A DNA stretch of 64,000 nucleotides, taken from assembly GCA_014378465.1 (NCBI GenBank), contig JACMNQ010000057.1, positions 134,103 through 198,102 of the forward strand, in the 5' to 3' direction. The translations under genes and the position numbers were made by a program. The stretch is from Oligoflexia bacterium (GTDB lineage: Bacteria > Bdellovibrionota > UBA1018). This document shows, one piece after another, positions 1-10,047 of the stretch (the first letter of the stretch is position 1; each line of letters opens with the position of its first letter). The notes below the pieces were generated by a model. That model was not told the DNA's origin, ran no database searches, and saw nothing but the letters and a program-made list of their open reading frames with translations.

Positions 1-798
1 CCCTTCAGCTGGAGCATGCTGGCTCTCTGCGCCGGACTTTACTACCTGCGAATGTTCGGCATCACCGCTGGTTATCATCGCTATTTTTCTCACCGCGCTT
101 ACAAGACCCATCGCGTGTTTCAGTTCGTGATCGCCTGGATCGGAACGATGTCCGTTCAGAAAGGCGTGCTCTGGTGGGCCGCCAATCATCGCCACCATCA
201 CAAGTTTTCAGATCAACCCAACGACATTCATTCACCGATTCAGAGTGGCTTCTGGTGGTCTCATGTCGGATGGATTCTCAATGAGAAGAATGATCCCGTT
301 CGCTGGGATCAGATTCCTGACCTCGCGAAATTTCCAGAACTGATCTGGCTCAACAACCATTTTCTCATTCCACCGGTGCTGCTGGCGGCTACCCTCTTTG
401 CCGTGGGCGGATGGAGCGCATTCATCTGGGGATTCTGCGTGAGCACCGTGGCCCTGTGGCATGGGACCTTCACGATCAATTCACTCTCCCACGTCTTCGG
501 CTCTCGCCGCTACCAGACGACCGACACGAGCCGAAACAATTTCTGGCTCGCGCTCATCACTCTGGGAGAAGGCTGGCACAACAATCATCACACTTACATG
601 AGCAGCGCCAATCAGGGCTTCTTCTGGTGGGAAGTGGATGGAAGCTTTTACCTCCTGAAAACGCTTTCCTGGATCGGCGTCACTCATGACCTGAGAAAGC
701 CACCGTTGAAATTGCTCGAATCAAAACGAATTCAGCCTTCTCGATTTGCACGTCGCAGTCTTCTGAAAATGGAAAAACTCGTAAAGTCCGCGTCTTGA
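1..798 (+). CDS. Delta-9 acyl-CoA/acyl-lipid desaturase (5' truncated by the window edge)
   Basis: Three His boxes HRYFSH, HRHHH and HNNHH, plus the GEGWHNNHH signature; the frame is open from base 1. Confidence 0.92.
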   Translation, partial: PFSWSMLALCAGLYYLRMFGITAGYHRYFSHRAYKTHRVFQFVIAWIGTMSVQKGVLWWAANHRHHHKFSDQPNDIHSPIQSGFWWSHVGWILNEKNDPVRWDQIPDLAKFPELIWLNNHFLIPPVLLAATLFAVGGWSAFIWGFCVSTVALWHGTFTINSLSHVFGSRRYQTTDTSRNNFWLALITLGEGWHNNHHTYMSSANQGFFWWEVDGSFYLLKTLSWIGVTHDLRKPPLKLLESKRIQPSRFARRSLLKMEKLVKSAS

Positions 799-844
799 AA
801 AAAGGATGAGGTCTCCTCCATGAGGAAACTTCATCACCCTCCCG

Positions 845-1117
845 TCAGGTCTTTGCAGGTGCAGCAGGTTGCGCAGCTGCTGCCGGTGCAGTTTCTTCCT
901 GGTGAGGGTGGTGTTTGCACTGTTTGCTTTTGCCACTTCCCTTCTTGCAACTCTCGGCATTGCATTCCTGACCCGTGCATTCCTTCTGAGAGCACTGTTT
1001 CACCTCACAGGCCTGAGCCGAAGAAGTTGCGTTTACACTTGCCAGGGTCAGGCTCAAAGTGGCCAGAGTGAACACAATGAACCGACTGCCGAAAACCGTT
1101 TTATTGACACTGCGCAT
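845..1117 (-). CDS. Small secreted Cys-rich protein
   Basis: Hydrophobic signal peptide ending AQA, five Cys at CX4C spacing, a sixth Cys, HHPH and an Ala/Pro-rich tail. Confidence 0.6.
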   Translation of the reverse strand: MRSVNKTVFGSRFIVFTLATLSLTLASVNATSSAQACEVKQCSQKECTGQECNAESCKKGSGKSKQCKHHPHQEETAPAAAAQPAAPAKT

Positions 1118-1322
1118 AAAATCTCCCGCGGATGTTTTGAAATTTCGGAGCCGAAATCCGCCACTCTGAGTGTAAATGAAACTGTGGATTATTCCACCGT
1201 GTCGAGCATGACCCCGCTTTTTCAGCCAATCTGAAGCCTTCCTGATGACCGGGCGTTATTCTTCATAATCTGTTTAAATATGAGTTGGCAAAGCCGTCCT
1301 TTAACGCTAGACCAACCGCACT

Positions 1323-1796
1323 ATGAAACGTGGACGTCCAAAGGGTCGCAGTCGCGACAGTCGGTCATTTGGTCCTTTAGGGGATCTCATTCGCAAATTT
1401 CGCCTCGACAAGGGCCTGGGTCTTTCAGACGTGGCCAAGGCATGCCAGTGTTCAGTTCAGTTCATTTCGAACATTGAACATGGCCGCGCTCCTCTCCCCT
1501 GGGAGAAGGTCGGACCGCTTTCGAACTATCTGAAGATTCCAGTCGAAGAACTTCAGGCCGCCAATCTCGCGATCCGCTCTGACTTCAAGAGCTTCGTGAA
1601 AACCACCAAAGGCAAGGGCGGACCCAAGTCCGTCAAGACTCCAGGAATTCTTCTTGGAATGACAGGCGCCGCCTCTGCAGGCGCGATGACCGCGAAAGAC
1701 GCCGCACTTCAGGAAATCCTTCAGAAGTACCAGGCCGCCACTCTCGCGAATCGCAAGAAATTCGTGAAAGAAGCCCTCAAGACTCTGGCTTCGTAA
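1323..1796 (+). CDS. XRE-family HTH transcriptional regulator
   Basis: LGDLIRKFR...LSDVAKACQCSVQFISNIEHG matches the HTH_3 pattern. Confidence 0.85.
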   Translation: MKRGRPKGRSRDSRSFGPLGDLIRKFRLDKGLGLSDVAKACQCSVQFISNIEHGRAPLPWEKVGPLSNYLKIPVEELQAANLAIRSDFKSFVKTTKGKGGPKSVKTPGILLGMTGAASAGAMTAKDAALQEILQKYQAATLANRKKFVKEALKTLAS

Positions 1797-2286
1797 GCTT
1801 TCTTTCCAAAACCACAAAACTGAAACGTGGAGCGCCGTCATGGGCTTCACGTTTTTTTTCGTCAAAACTCTGGGGATTCCACTTCGGGAAATACGCATCT
1901 CCCCCGCTCACGGTCGTTTCGACTTCCGTGATGTAAAGTCGATCCGCATGGGGCAATGCCATCTCATAGATTTCGGAACCCCCGATCACGAAAAGCTCTT
2001 CCGTTGTCGGAGCCTTCGCGAGGATCTCCTCGAGCGCCCCATTCCACGAACTGACGACGCACGCACCTTCCGGCGCGACGAAACTCTTCTGCCGGGTCAT
2101 GATCACATTGAGTCGATTCGGAAGAAGCCTGCCGATGGATTCAAAAGTCTTGCGTCCCATCAGGACCGGGCGCCCCGATGTGGTCTTTCGAAAGTACTTC
2201 AGATCTTCGGGCAGATGCCAGGGCAGACGATTTTCGACGCCGATCACCCGGTTCTGATCCATGGCCGCGATGAGACTGATGATCAT
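1777..2286 (-). CDS. folA: Dihydrofolate reductase
   Basis: IG.ENRLPWHLPEDL, MGRKTFESIGR.LPNR.N and IGGSEIY motifs; directly downstream of thyA. Confidence 0.97.
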   Translation of the reverse strand: MIISLIAAMDQNRVIGVENRLPWHLPEDLKYFRKTTSGRPVLMGRKTFESIGRLLPNRLNVIMTRQKSFVAPEGACVVSSWNGALEEILAKAPTTEELFVIGGSEIYEMALPHADRLYITEVETTVSGGDAYFPKWNPQSFDEKKREAHDGAPRFSFVVLERKLTKPES

Positions 2287-2310
2287 AAAATCCTTTTCAG
2301 GCCAACGCCT

Positions 2311-3105
2311 TCAGATCGCTATGGGTGCCTTGATTCCCGGGTGGGGATCGTAGCCCACGAGTTCAAAATCCTCGAAATTGTAATCAAAAATCGAATTGTG
2401 GGGATTCTTGATCGTCATGCGTGGCAAAGGCCGCGGTTCCCGCGTCAGCTGCAGTTTGGCCTGCTCGATGTGATTCAGATACAGGTGAGCGTCTCCCAGC
2501 GTGTGCACGAAATCGCCCAGCTTCAGATCCGTTACCTGCGCGATCATCTGCATGAGAAGCGCGTAACTCGCGATATTGAAGGGCACTCCCAGAAAGATAT
2601 CGGCGCTGCGCTGGTAGAGCTGGCAGGACAACTTTCCTTCCGCCACATAGAATTGAAAGAAGGCATGACAGGGCGGCAACGCCATCTTGGAAATCTCAGC
2701 CACGTTCCAGGCGCTCACGATGAGGCGGCGAGAGTCCGGGTTCTTCTTGATCTGTTCAATGACCTGGGAAATCTGATCAATGGCCTGGCCGTCGGCTCCA
2801 CGCCAGGTGCGCCACTGGGATCCGTAGACCGGACCGAGATTGCCTTCGGCATCGGCCCACTCGTCCCAGATGCTCACGCCATTGTCCTTCAGATACTTGA
2901 TATTGGTCTCGCCCGAGAGAAACCAGAGCAACTCATGAATGATCGAGCGCAGATGCACTTTCTTGGTCGTGACGAGAGGAAATCCTTCCTCCAGGGGGTA
3001 GCGCATCTGGTAGCCAAACACGCTTTTGGTGCCGGTCCCGGTCCGGTCGCTTTTTTCAGTTCCGTTTTCGAGAACGTGGCGTAAAAGGTCTTGATAGGCT
3101 CGCAT
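2311..3105 (-). CDS. thyA: Thymidylate synthase
   Basis: DRTGTGT, LPPCH and [18 protein letters not shown]; ATG 3105 gives the canonical 264 aa. Confidence 0.98.
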   Translation of the reverse strand: MRAYQDLLRHVLENGTEKSDRTGTGTKSVFGYQMRYPLEEGFPLVTTKKVHLRSIIHELLWFLSGETNIKYLKDNGVSIWDEWADAEGNLGPVYGSQWRTWRGADGQAIDQISQVIEQIKKNPDSRRLIVSAWNVAEISKMALPPCHAFFQFYVAEGKLSCQLYQRSADIFLGVPFNIASYALLMQMIAQVTDLKLGDFVHTLGDAHLYLNHIEQAKLQLTREPRPLPRMTIKNPHNSIFDYNFEDFELVGYDPHPGIKAPIAI

Positions 3106-3163
3106 GACTTTTATTTTTACCCCATAACGCGATGCTTTTACCAAGTACAATTCCAGGAAACTC

Positions 3164-3835
3164 ATGCAATCCGAGCTCATTCCCACGATCCTTTTCGAAG
3201 ACCCGCACCTGGTCGTGCTGTCCAAGCCGGCTGGACTCCTGAGCCAAGGCGAAGTCACGGGCGATGATAACCTGGTGGACTGGCTGAGGGGGCATTTCGG
3301 CCGCAAATACGTGGGCCTCGTCCATCGGCTGGACCGAAACACTTCGGGAATCATGATTGTCGCCAAGCGAACGAAATCCGCTCAGCGTCTGACTGATTCG
3401 CTTCAGGAAGGCAAAATTCAAAGGAACTACCAGGCCTGGCTCGAAGGCCGCCTGGAAACCGCCGTTCGCTGGGAGCACCTGCTTCTCAAGGATGCGGACA
3501 AGAATGTCGTGAAAGTGGTTCGCAGCAACCCCAAAGCACAAAAGGCGATTCTGCACGCAGTCCCCCTTCAGCAGGCTCGCTATCAGGGGCTGCAACTCAC
3601 ACTTGCCGAAATCGAGCTCGAAACCGGACGCTCGCACCAGATCCGTGCACAGGCTGCGCACGAGGGCTACCCACTTCTGGGTGATGTGAAATACGGATCC
3701 AATTCAGCGAGTTCCAGGAAATTCGGAAGACCCGCGCTCCACTCTCATCGACTCAAGTTTCCGCATCCGATGACTGAAGCGGAGATGAGTTTCGAAGCGC
3801 CCTTGCCACCCGACATGCGCTCGCTGCTGTCCTGA
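3164..3835 (+). CDS. RluA-family pseudouridine synthase
   Basis: [27 protein letters not shown] and LHS motifs. Confidence 0.93.
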   Translation: MQSELIPTILFEDPHLVVLSKPAGLLSQGEVTGDDNLVDWLRGHFGRKYVGLVHRLDRNTSGIMIVAKRTKSAQRLTDSLQEGKIQRNYQAWLEGRLETAVRWEHLLLKDADKNVVKVVRSNPKAQKAILHAVPLQQARYQGLQLTLAEIELETGRSHQIRAQAAHEGYPLLGDVKYGSNSASSRKFGRPALHSHRLKFPHPMTEAEMSFEAPLPPDMRSLLS

Positions 3836-3953
3836 GCCTTTAACTTCCTGAGCTGAACTTGAACGCTGAGTCACCTTGAGAAAAGGTGGAGAAAGATCAA
3901 AATTGAAACTGTGAGGAAGCTTGATCGAGCTCATTTGAATTCAGGCCCGGAAA

Positions 3954-4952
3954 TCATTCCAGCGCTTTGAGAACCCATCCCTTCAAGTACCGACTTTTCG
4001 GGTCTCCCAGCTTCGTCGGAAAGGTCACAGGCTGCTGAATCTCCCGCAGGACCTCGAAACTTCTCTTGCGGGAGCGCGCAGCCAGCCCGACGTCGCTCTC
4101 GAATTTGGACAGGGTTACGTTGGCAGAATTGATCGAAGTGATGAGCACGCCTTCAGGAGCCAGAACGTCCAGTGCGGCCTCGTGGAGCTTGACCAGATCC
4201 TTTGCCGTCGAAAAGCGTCCATTCTTGCTGGTCGAGGACGAGGGAGGATCGAGGATCACGCAGTCAAAGAGTTGCTTCTCGCGCTTGAGCCTTGGCAACC
4301 ATTCGAAGTAATCTCCATGAATGAAACGGGACTGATCGAGCTTCAGCCCGTTGAGTTCCCAGTTTTCCTGAGCCCAGTTCAGCGTGGGCTTCGAAAGATC
4401 CAGAGTCGTGACATGGGAGGCGCCGCCGAGTCCCGCCGCGACGGACAGACTCCCCGTGTAAGCGAATGTGTTCAGAACCTTCCAATCTCTCGCGTTCTCA
4501 AGCAGCCAGAGTCGCAAGGGTGAGTGATCCATGAAAAGGCCGGGGTGCCTCGTATTGAGAAATCGAATCCAGACTTTGCAGCGTCCTTCAGAAACTGCGA
4601 TTTTTTCAGGCGGCGTCCCAAAGAGCGCTTTCGCTTCCGCCGGAACTCCTCGCTCAGGGCGTTCAAGAATCACTGCGGATCTCGCGGCCTTTGATTTCAG
4701 GAATTCGATCAACTCTTTTTTGACCGCATCCCCCAGTGCCTTTTGAGGCCCATCGCCTTTTTCCCATTCAATGACCCAGTAGTGATCCTGAAATTTTTCG
4801 ATGGCGATCTGGGAGAGGACGCCGAGCGAATCCCCGGGCCCATGAAACACTCGCAGAGCTTCCGTGTGCGAGAAAAGCGCGTCGCGGAGCTTCCAGGCGG
4901 CTTCGAGTTCGTGACGGATCGAGTTCAGGCTAGAATTCGCGCCGGCATTCAT
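3954..4952 (-). CDS. Class I SAM-dependent rRNA methyltransferase (RlmI/RlmK-like)
   Basis: GLFMD, VLNTFAYTG, LDLS and FDCVILDPPS motifs. Confidence 0.88.
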   Translation of the reverse strand: MNAGANSSLNSIRHELEAAWKLRDALFSHTEALRVFHGPGDSLGVLSQIAIEKFQDHYWVIEWEKGDGPQKALGDAVKKELIEFLKSKAARSAVILERPERGVPAEAKALFGTPPEKIAVSEGRCKVWIRFLNTRHPGLFMDHSPLRLWLLENARDWKVLNTFAYTGSLSVAAGLGGASHVTTLDLSKPTLNWAQENWELNGLKLDQSRFIHGDYFEWLPRLKREKQLFDCVILDPPSSSTSKNGRFSTAKDLVKLHEAALDVLAPEGVLITSINSANVTLSKFESDVGLAARSRKRSFEVLREIQQPVTFPTKLGDPKSRYLKGWVLKALE

Positions 4953-5587
4953 GAGGTGGACTTCCGCAAAAGGCCCAGCCAGCTCTGAAAATCTTCAGGC
5001 AAGGGAGCTTCGAACTTTTCGCCGGAAGGAAGCTCGAGTGAGGAGGCATGCAGCGCGACTCGCGGGACCTTCAACTCCTGAAAACCTGGAGTGCCCGCAA
5101 AATCCTTCCGCCCCGAATACTTGACGTCTCCCAGGAGCGGATAACCCAGCGACGAAAGATGAATGCGGATCTGATGGCGGCGTCCAGTCTGGAGACGGAC
5201 CTGTCCCAGGAATACTTCACTCGCAGCTTCCTTGAAACGTTCCTTCACCTCAACCTGCGTGACTGACGGAGAATCATCAATCGGAGCGTTGATCTTGAAA
5301 ACCGGAAGCGCCGGATTGCCAGTCGCCAGACAATGGTACAGCTTCTTGGCCAGGTGTTTTTGAAACCACTGATTGGCCTGACGGTGGGCGTCTTCGGAAC
5401 GCGCGAAGAGAATGACCCCACTGGTCTCGACATCCAGCCGGTGCGTGACCCAGATGTCTCCACACTTCTCGCGAACATAATCGGTCAGGACCGGGGCCTG
5501 CGAGCGACCGGGGATGCTGAGCCAGCCCGCTGGCTTGTTCACCACAACCCACTGATCTGTTTTGTGCAGGATTTCCGGCTCGGGCAT
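4949..5587 (-). CDS. RluA-family pseudouridine synthase
   Basis: NKPAG, HRLDVETSG, TGRRHQIRIH and GDVKY motifs. Confidence 0.93.
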   Translation of the reverse strand: MPEPEILHKTDQWVVVNKPAGWLSIPGRSQAPVLTDYVREKCGDIWVTHRLDVETSGVILFARSEDAHRQANQWFQKHLAKKLYHCLATGNPALPVFKINAPIDDSPSVTQVEVKERFKEAASEVFLGQVRLQTGRRHQIRIHLSSLGYPLLGDVKYSGRKDFAGTPGFQELKVPRVALHASSLELPSGEKFEAPLPEDFQSWLGLLRKSTS

Positions 5588-5631
5588 ATCAGCACGCTAC
5601 CATTTCCTGCGAGCTGTGGTACCCCTTTTTT

Positions 5632-6324
5632 ATGATCCCATTCGTGAAACGCGCCCCCATCCTCAGTTCAATTCTGGGTCTGACTCTCCTCTTTCTTGCC
5701 TACTGCGGTTACCTGATTTCGAAGCCGGATTCAGACGTCACCTTCGTCAGAAATGTGCCCAGTACCCTCACCCCGCAAGCTCTCGGAAAGTCCGTCGCCC
5801 TCCTGCAGGACTGGCCCCTCTGGCACCACGAAATGACGTCGGCTGAACTTCTCGATGGTCGTGGGCAACCTTACTCGCGGCGCGATCAGATGCTGAACGC
5901 CAGTTCCCAGGGTGGACTCGTGCTGTTGAAGATCGAAAATCCGCAGAAGCAGTGGAAGCGTTTTGAACTCACCGCCAAGATCGTCGAATACAGGCCAGAT
6001 CAACTGATCCACCTCAAACTCCTCAGAGACTCGAAGAACAAGATCACGCAGCTCTTCGACACTCTCGAGTGGAAGATCGAGTTTCTACCCCTGGATCCTG
6101 CAGACGCATCACCGAGAAATAAGGGCAAGGACATCACCCTGGTGCGCGGAACCGTGATCGGCCACACGGACCACTGGAGAGGCCGACTTTTCTGCGGGCT
6201 CACTCCACGCATCATCATGAATCAGGTCCTGAATGCAGATCTCGTGAAGCTTGCGACAGTTGATCAGGAGCTGGCCTTGAAGGCGCAGGCCGAACCAAAA
6301 GCCGCTGAACAGACGCACAATTAG
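5632..6324 (+). CDS. Membrane-anchored hypothetical protein, SRPBCC/START-like
   Basis: N-terminal TM helix followed by LQDWPLW, resembling SRPBCC family starts. Confidence 0.55.
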   Translation: MIPFVKRAPILSSILGLTLLFLAYCGYLISKPDSDVTFVRNVPSTLTPQALGKSVALLQDWPLWHHEMTSAELLDGRGQPYSRRDQMLNASSQGGLVLLKIENPQKQWKRFELTAKIVEYRPDQLIHLKLLRDSKNKITQLFDTLEWKIEFLPLDPADASPRNKGKDITLVRGTVIGHTDHWRGRLFCGLTPRIIMNQVLNADLVKLATVDQELALKAQAEPKAAEQTHN

Positions 6325-6356
6325 GAGTTCAACAGTGGAGTTGCGTCCCTCTCAAA

Positions 6357-6740
6357 TCAACTGAAAAGTGGAGTTGCGTCGACGTAAGAACGATAGTTCT
6401 CGATCAATGGGCGCTTGAGCTTCAGACTTTCCGCTGTAAACTCAAAAACACATGCAAACGGGAGTTCGATCTTCTTGCCGTCTTTTCGGCTGTAGATGAC
6501 CATTCCCTCCACAAACAAATGAGAATCTGAATTCAACCCCGTGTTGGTCACCTGATGGCCGATTGCCTCAAGTTGTTCAAAAACGCCTTGAGCGACCTGA
6601 GCGATCGCAGTGCGTCCTACCGCAGGAGGATGATTTGCGAACTTGAAGGACCCGCTTTCAGAAAACCGTTCCGCAAAGGAATGTGCGTTCATGGTGTCGA
6701 TCACGTCGTAAAACTCGCCCAAATAGGTATTCCAGTTCAT
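6357..6740 (-). CDS. SnoaL/NTF2-like protein
   Basis: F.N.PPAVGR.AI and terminal YRSYVD.TP patterns; 127 aa. Confidence 0.8.
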   Translation of the reverse strand: MNWNTYLGEFYDVIDTMNAHSFAERFSESGSFKFANHPPAVGRTAIAQVAQGVFEQLEAIGHQVTNTGLNSDSHLFVEGMVIYSRKDGKKIELPFACVFEFTAESLKLKRPLIENYRSYVDATPLFS

Positions 6741-6807
6741 GCGCGTAGTTTACTCATCACTAAACTACGCGGTCAAGGCAAATTGGACTGCTACTCCGGG
6801 AACAGCT

Positions 6808-7350
6808 TTACCGGGTCCGCTTCTTTCGCTCAGACTTCGCAGGCCGACCAATTTTTTTGGAAAGCACCATTTTGCGCAGTCCTTGTTTATATTTCAGCAG
6901 GAGATCGAGCACTTTTTCATCCGGCTTCTTTCCACCGGCGCCAATGATCTGCGCCGCCAAAATTCCGGCGTTGAAAGCGTTGCCAATGGCCACCGTGGCC
7001 ACCGGAACGCCTCGGGGCATCTGTACGATCGAGAGAAGCGCGTCTTGCCCCTGCAAGTGACCGATGGGAACCGGCACCCCTATGACTGGCAATTCGGTAT
7101 GAGCCGCCACCATACCGGGCAAGTGAGCAGCCCCACCCGCTCCCGCAATGATCACCTGGACTCCCCGTTTACGGGCAGATTCCGCGAACTTCGCCATTTC
7201 GACCGGAGTGCGGTGCGCGGAGATGATGTGCATTTCAAAACTGATTTCAAGTTCTTCCAGGGCTTCGGCCGCAGCTTTCATGACTGGGAGATCTGAATCA
7301 CTCCCCATGATGATGGAGACTCGGTGGATTTTCTTACTCTTTTTTTTCAT
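6808..7350 (-). CDS. purE: N5-CAIR mutase
   Basis: [25 protein letters not shown] and SIVQMP.GVPVATV; ATGA overlap with the purK stop. Confidence 0.97.
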   Translation of the reverse strand: MKKKSKKIHRVSIIMGSDSDLPVMKAAAEALEELEISFEMHIISAHRTPVEMAKFAESARKRGVQVIIAGAGGAAHLPGMVAAHTELPVIGVPVPIGHLQGQDALLSIVQMPRGVPVATVAIGNAFNAGILAAQIIGAGGKKPDEKVLDLLLKYKQGLRKMVLSKKIGRPAKSERKKRTR

Positions 7351-8576
7351 GATGTTCGGATCTCTTTCGCCCACGCCTGAAGCAGGGTCTCAATTTTTTG
7401 AAACGATTTCTGAAGTTCCGCGGGAGTGCGCGCAGTCAGATTGAAGTGCCCCATCTTGCGGCCGGAACGGATTTCATTTTTACCGTACCAGTGGAAGTGA
7501 CTCTCTGAGGTCGAAGTCGGCAATCGGACGGAAGCGGAGGGCACGGCCACGCCCCCGGGTCCCAGCAGATTGAGCATGCCAAAGCAGGGTTCGGACTGAG
7601 TGCTTCCCAAGGGGTGACCCAGAACCGCGCGCAGGTGATTCTCAAACTGGCTCGTCTGGGATGCGTCCTGCGTGTAGTGCCCGGTATTGTGCACTCGAGG
7701 CGCCAGTTCATTCACCAGAAGTTCGCCTTCGTGAGTTTCAAAAAACTCGATGCCGAAACAGCCGAAAAGCCGAGCCTCCCGGGCGACTTTGTGAGCGGCA
7801 GCCTTGGCCTGAGCCTGAAGTTCCGCGCTCACACCCCAGAGACTGGCCGGCCCCAGGACCTTGCGACAGATGCCTTTTTCCTGCTCCGAGATCACCAGCG
7901 GATACGCGGTGAATTCGTCAGACTTCGAGTAACAGCCGATCACGGCGAGTTCGCGCACGAAGGAAATTTTTTCTTCGACGAAGAGAGGGAGACCACGCTC
8001 GTGAGCCTGCTCGCAGAATGAGACGACTTCGCGTTCCAGGCCACTCTTCGAGCCAGGGGTGCCCGCCCCTGCCGGGACGATGAAAGTGCCCTTGCCGTCA
8101 TAGCCCTGCTCGGCCCATTTGAAGACAAGGCCCTGGTTAAACTCACCGAGCATTCGCAGTGCCCAGGCTTTCACCGATTCAATTTTTGGATCGTATTCCT
8201 GGTAAGCGGCTGAAGGGATTTCCAGCGACGAAAGCAGTTTCTTCTGTCTCAGTTTATTCTGGAGAAGTTTCAAAGTCTGGAGCGCTGGAATGAACTCCAC
8301 GTTCAATCCACGAGCGGCGACCTCGAGCAGATCACAGTCGACAAATTCATTTTCAAAAAGGCAGACCGCCACTTGCGATAAAAACCTGCGCAAGGAAACG
8401 AGATCTCGAGCCTGCCCATACACCGCATCGGGACTGAGCGAAGCGGCCGGGTCTTGAGACGAATCCGTATAGACGAGAGGATGCAGCCCCATCCGATAAG
8501 CCGGTTCGAGGAGCATTTTCGAGAGCTGCCCTCCCCCCAGAATGCCGATTTGAAATGCCGAAGTCCCAATCTTCAT
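7347..8576 (-). CDS. purK: N5-CAIR synthase
   Basis: [35 protein letters not shown] and RKMGH motifs. Confidence 0.96.
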   Translation of the reverse strand: MKIGTSAFQIGILGGGQLSKMLLEPAYRMGLHPLVYTDSSQDPAASLSPDAVYGQARDLVSLRRFLSQVAVCLFENEFVDCDLLEVAARGLNVEFIPALQTLKLLQNKLRQKKLLSSLEIPSAAYQEYDPKIESVKAWALRMLGEFNQGLVFKWAEQGYDGKGTFIVPAGAGTPGSKSGLEREVVSFCEQAHERGLPLFVEEKISFVRELAVIGCYSKSDEFTAYPLVISEQEKGICRKVLGPASLWGVSAELQAQAKAAAHKVAREARLFGCFGIEFFETHEGELLVNELAPRVHNTGHYTQDASQTSQFENHLRAVLGHPLGSTQSEPCFGMLNLLGPGGVAVPSASVRLPTSTSESHFHWYGKNEIRSGRKMGHFNLTARTPAELQKSFQKIETLLQAWAKEIRTS

Positions 8577-8591
8577 GGTATTTTAACTTTC

Positions 8592-10040
8592 ATGACGTCA
8601 GCCATGAATCCCGTTTTCGTCCAGAACGCCCTCAAGACTGTCCTCGTGGCTCAGACGGCAGGTGCGACTCATCGCACCACAGAAACCCTTCCCTACTCAT
8701 CAATTACAACGGATTCGAGAAAAATCCAAAAGTGTTGTCTGTTCGTTGCCATTGCGGGCGATAAATTCGACGGGCATGATTTCATCGGCGCAGCCGTCGC
8801 CGGGGGTGCAAGCGCGGTGATCTGTCGCGAGGACTTTGCAGTACCCGCCGGAGCGCCGGAAACTGTCCAGTTTTTCAGGGTCGCGGACACGGTCGAAGCC
8901 TACCGTACCCTGGCAGGTGCGTGGAGACGGGAATTCACGATCCCCGTGATTCTGGTCGCCGGCAGTGTCGGCAAGACCACCACCAAGGAACTCCTCTCGG
9001 CCCTGCTGAAGGGAAAATTCACCGAAGTCCTCAAAACGGCAGGCTCCCAGAATGGCTACGTCGGGATCCCGATGACTCTGCTTGAACTCAGGCCCCATCA
9101 TCAGGTGGCCGTGATCGAAGTCGGGATTGACGAAATCGGAGCGATGGTTCAGCACACGAAACTCGTACAGGCCGATCATTCGATCCTCACGGCAATCGGT
9201 CCGGAGCATCTTGAAAAATTGATTGATGTTCCAACCGTGGCACGTGAAGAATCGTTGGCTCTCACCGAAGTTTCAGAACGCGGCGGCGCCGTCGTGCTGC
9301 GTCTGGATGATGAATGGATCGCCCCGCTTGCGACAAAGCTGAAGACACCGAAAAAGTCCGGCTTCACACTCTCCAGTTCCGGACTTTCTCAGGCCAACGC
9401 ACAGACGCTGGTCGGAGAACTCACCCACTCCGCCTCGCAGATGAAATTTTCGGGAATGGGCCTCGAGCCCGCTGAAATTGAACTGCCTCTGCTCGGAGTT
9501 CACAATGCCGTGAATCTTCTCGGCGCGATCGCGATGGCCCGTGCCGTTGGACTCACTCGCCAGGAAATTCTCGACGGTCTGAAGACATTCAAGGGGACCG
9601 ATGGGCGGTCTGAACTCAAGAAGCTCAAGCAGGGCAACCCCGTCGTCTGCGATTACTACAATGCGAATCCGACTTCGGTCGAAGCAGGCCTGGAACTTCT
9701 CACCCAGGTCGCGGGGCCGAAGACGCGGTGGGCCTGCCTCGGTGACATGCTGGAACTCGGCCCGAACGAAGAGACCTTTCACCGGGATCTCTCGAAAAAA
9801 ATCCGAAAGCTCAAGATCGAGAACGTGCTCCTCTACGGGCCCCGCATGAAATGGCTGCTCTCTGAGCTGCAAAATCAGGGATTTTCAGGCTATTTGAGTC
9901 ACTTTTCGACTCACCAGGAACTGGCTCAGAGCCTGTCGTCCCAGATCACGCCTCAAGATGCGATTCTGATCAAGGGCTCACGCGGAATGAAAATGGAAGA
10001 AGTCTGGAAGGCGCTTCAACTGTCGCCTCCCGCTTCGTGA
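8592..10040 (+). CDS. murF: UDP-MurNAc-tripeptide--D-Ala-D-Ala ligase
   Basis: TDSR, GSVGKTTTKE, DYYNANP.S, LGDMLELG and IKGSRGMKME; start is 8592 or 8604. Confidence 0.95.
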   Translation: MTSAMNPVFVQNALKTVLVAQTAGATHRTTETLPYSSITTDSRKIQKCCLFVAIAGDKFDGHDFIGAAVAGGASAVICREDFAVPAGAPETVQFFRVADTVEAYRTLAGAWRREFTIPVILVAGSVGKTTTKELLSALLKGKFTEVLKTAGSQNGYVGIPMTLLELRPHHQVAVIEVGIDEIGAMVQHTKLVQADHSILTAIGPEHLEKLIDVPTVAREESLALTEVSERGGAVVLRLDDEWIAPLATKLKTPKKSGFTLSSSGLSQANAQTLVGELTHSASQMKFSGMGLEPAEIELPLLGVHNAVNLLGAIAMARAVGLTRQEILDGLKTFKGTDGRSELKKLKQGNPVVCDYYNANPTSVEAGLELLTQVAGPKTRWACLGDMLELGPNEETFHRDLSKKIRKLKIENVLLYGPRMKWLLSELQNQGFSGYLSHFSTHQELAQSLSSQITPQDAILIKGSRGMKMEEVWKALQLSPPAS

Positions 10041-10047
10041 GGCCTTC

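Noticed and set aside
1840-3084. 414-aa plus-strand ORF
   Set aside because: Antisense shadow of thyA-folA with no motifs of its own
3106-3366. N-terminal extensions in the ORF track for thyA (likewise murF, rpsN, aceA, AI-2E, PAP2)
   Set aside because: They overlap neighbouring genes or promoter regions; the downstream starts fit family length or RBS position
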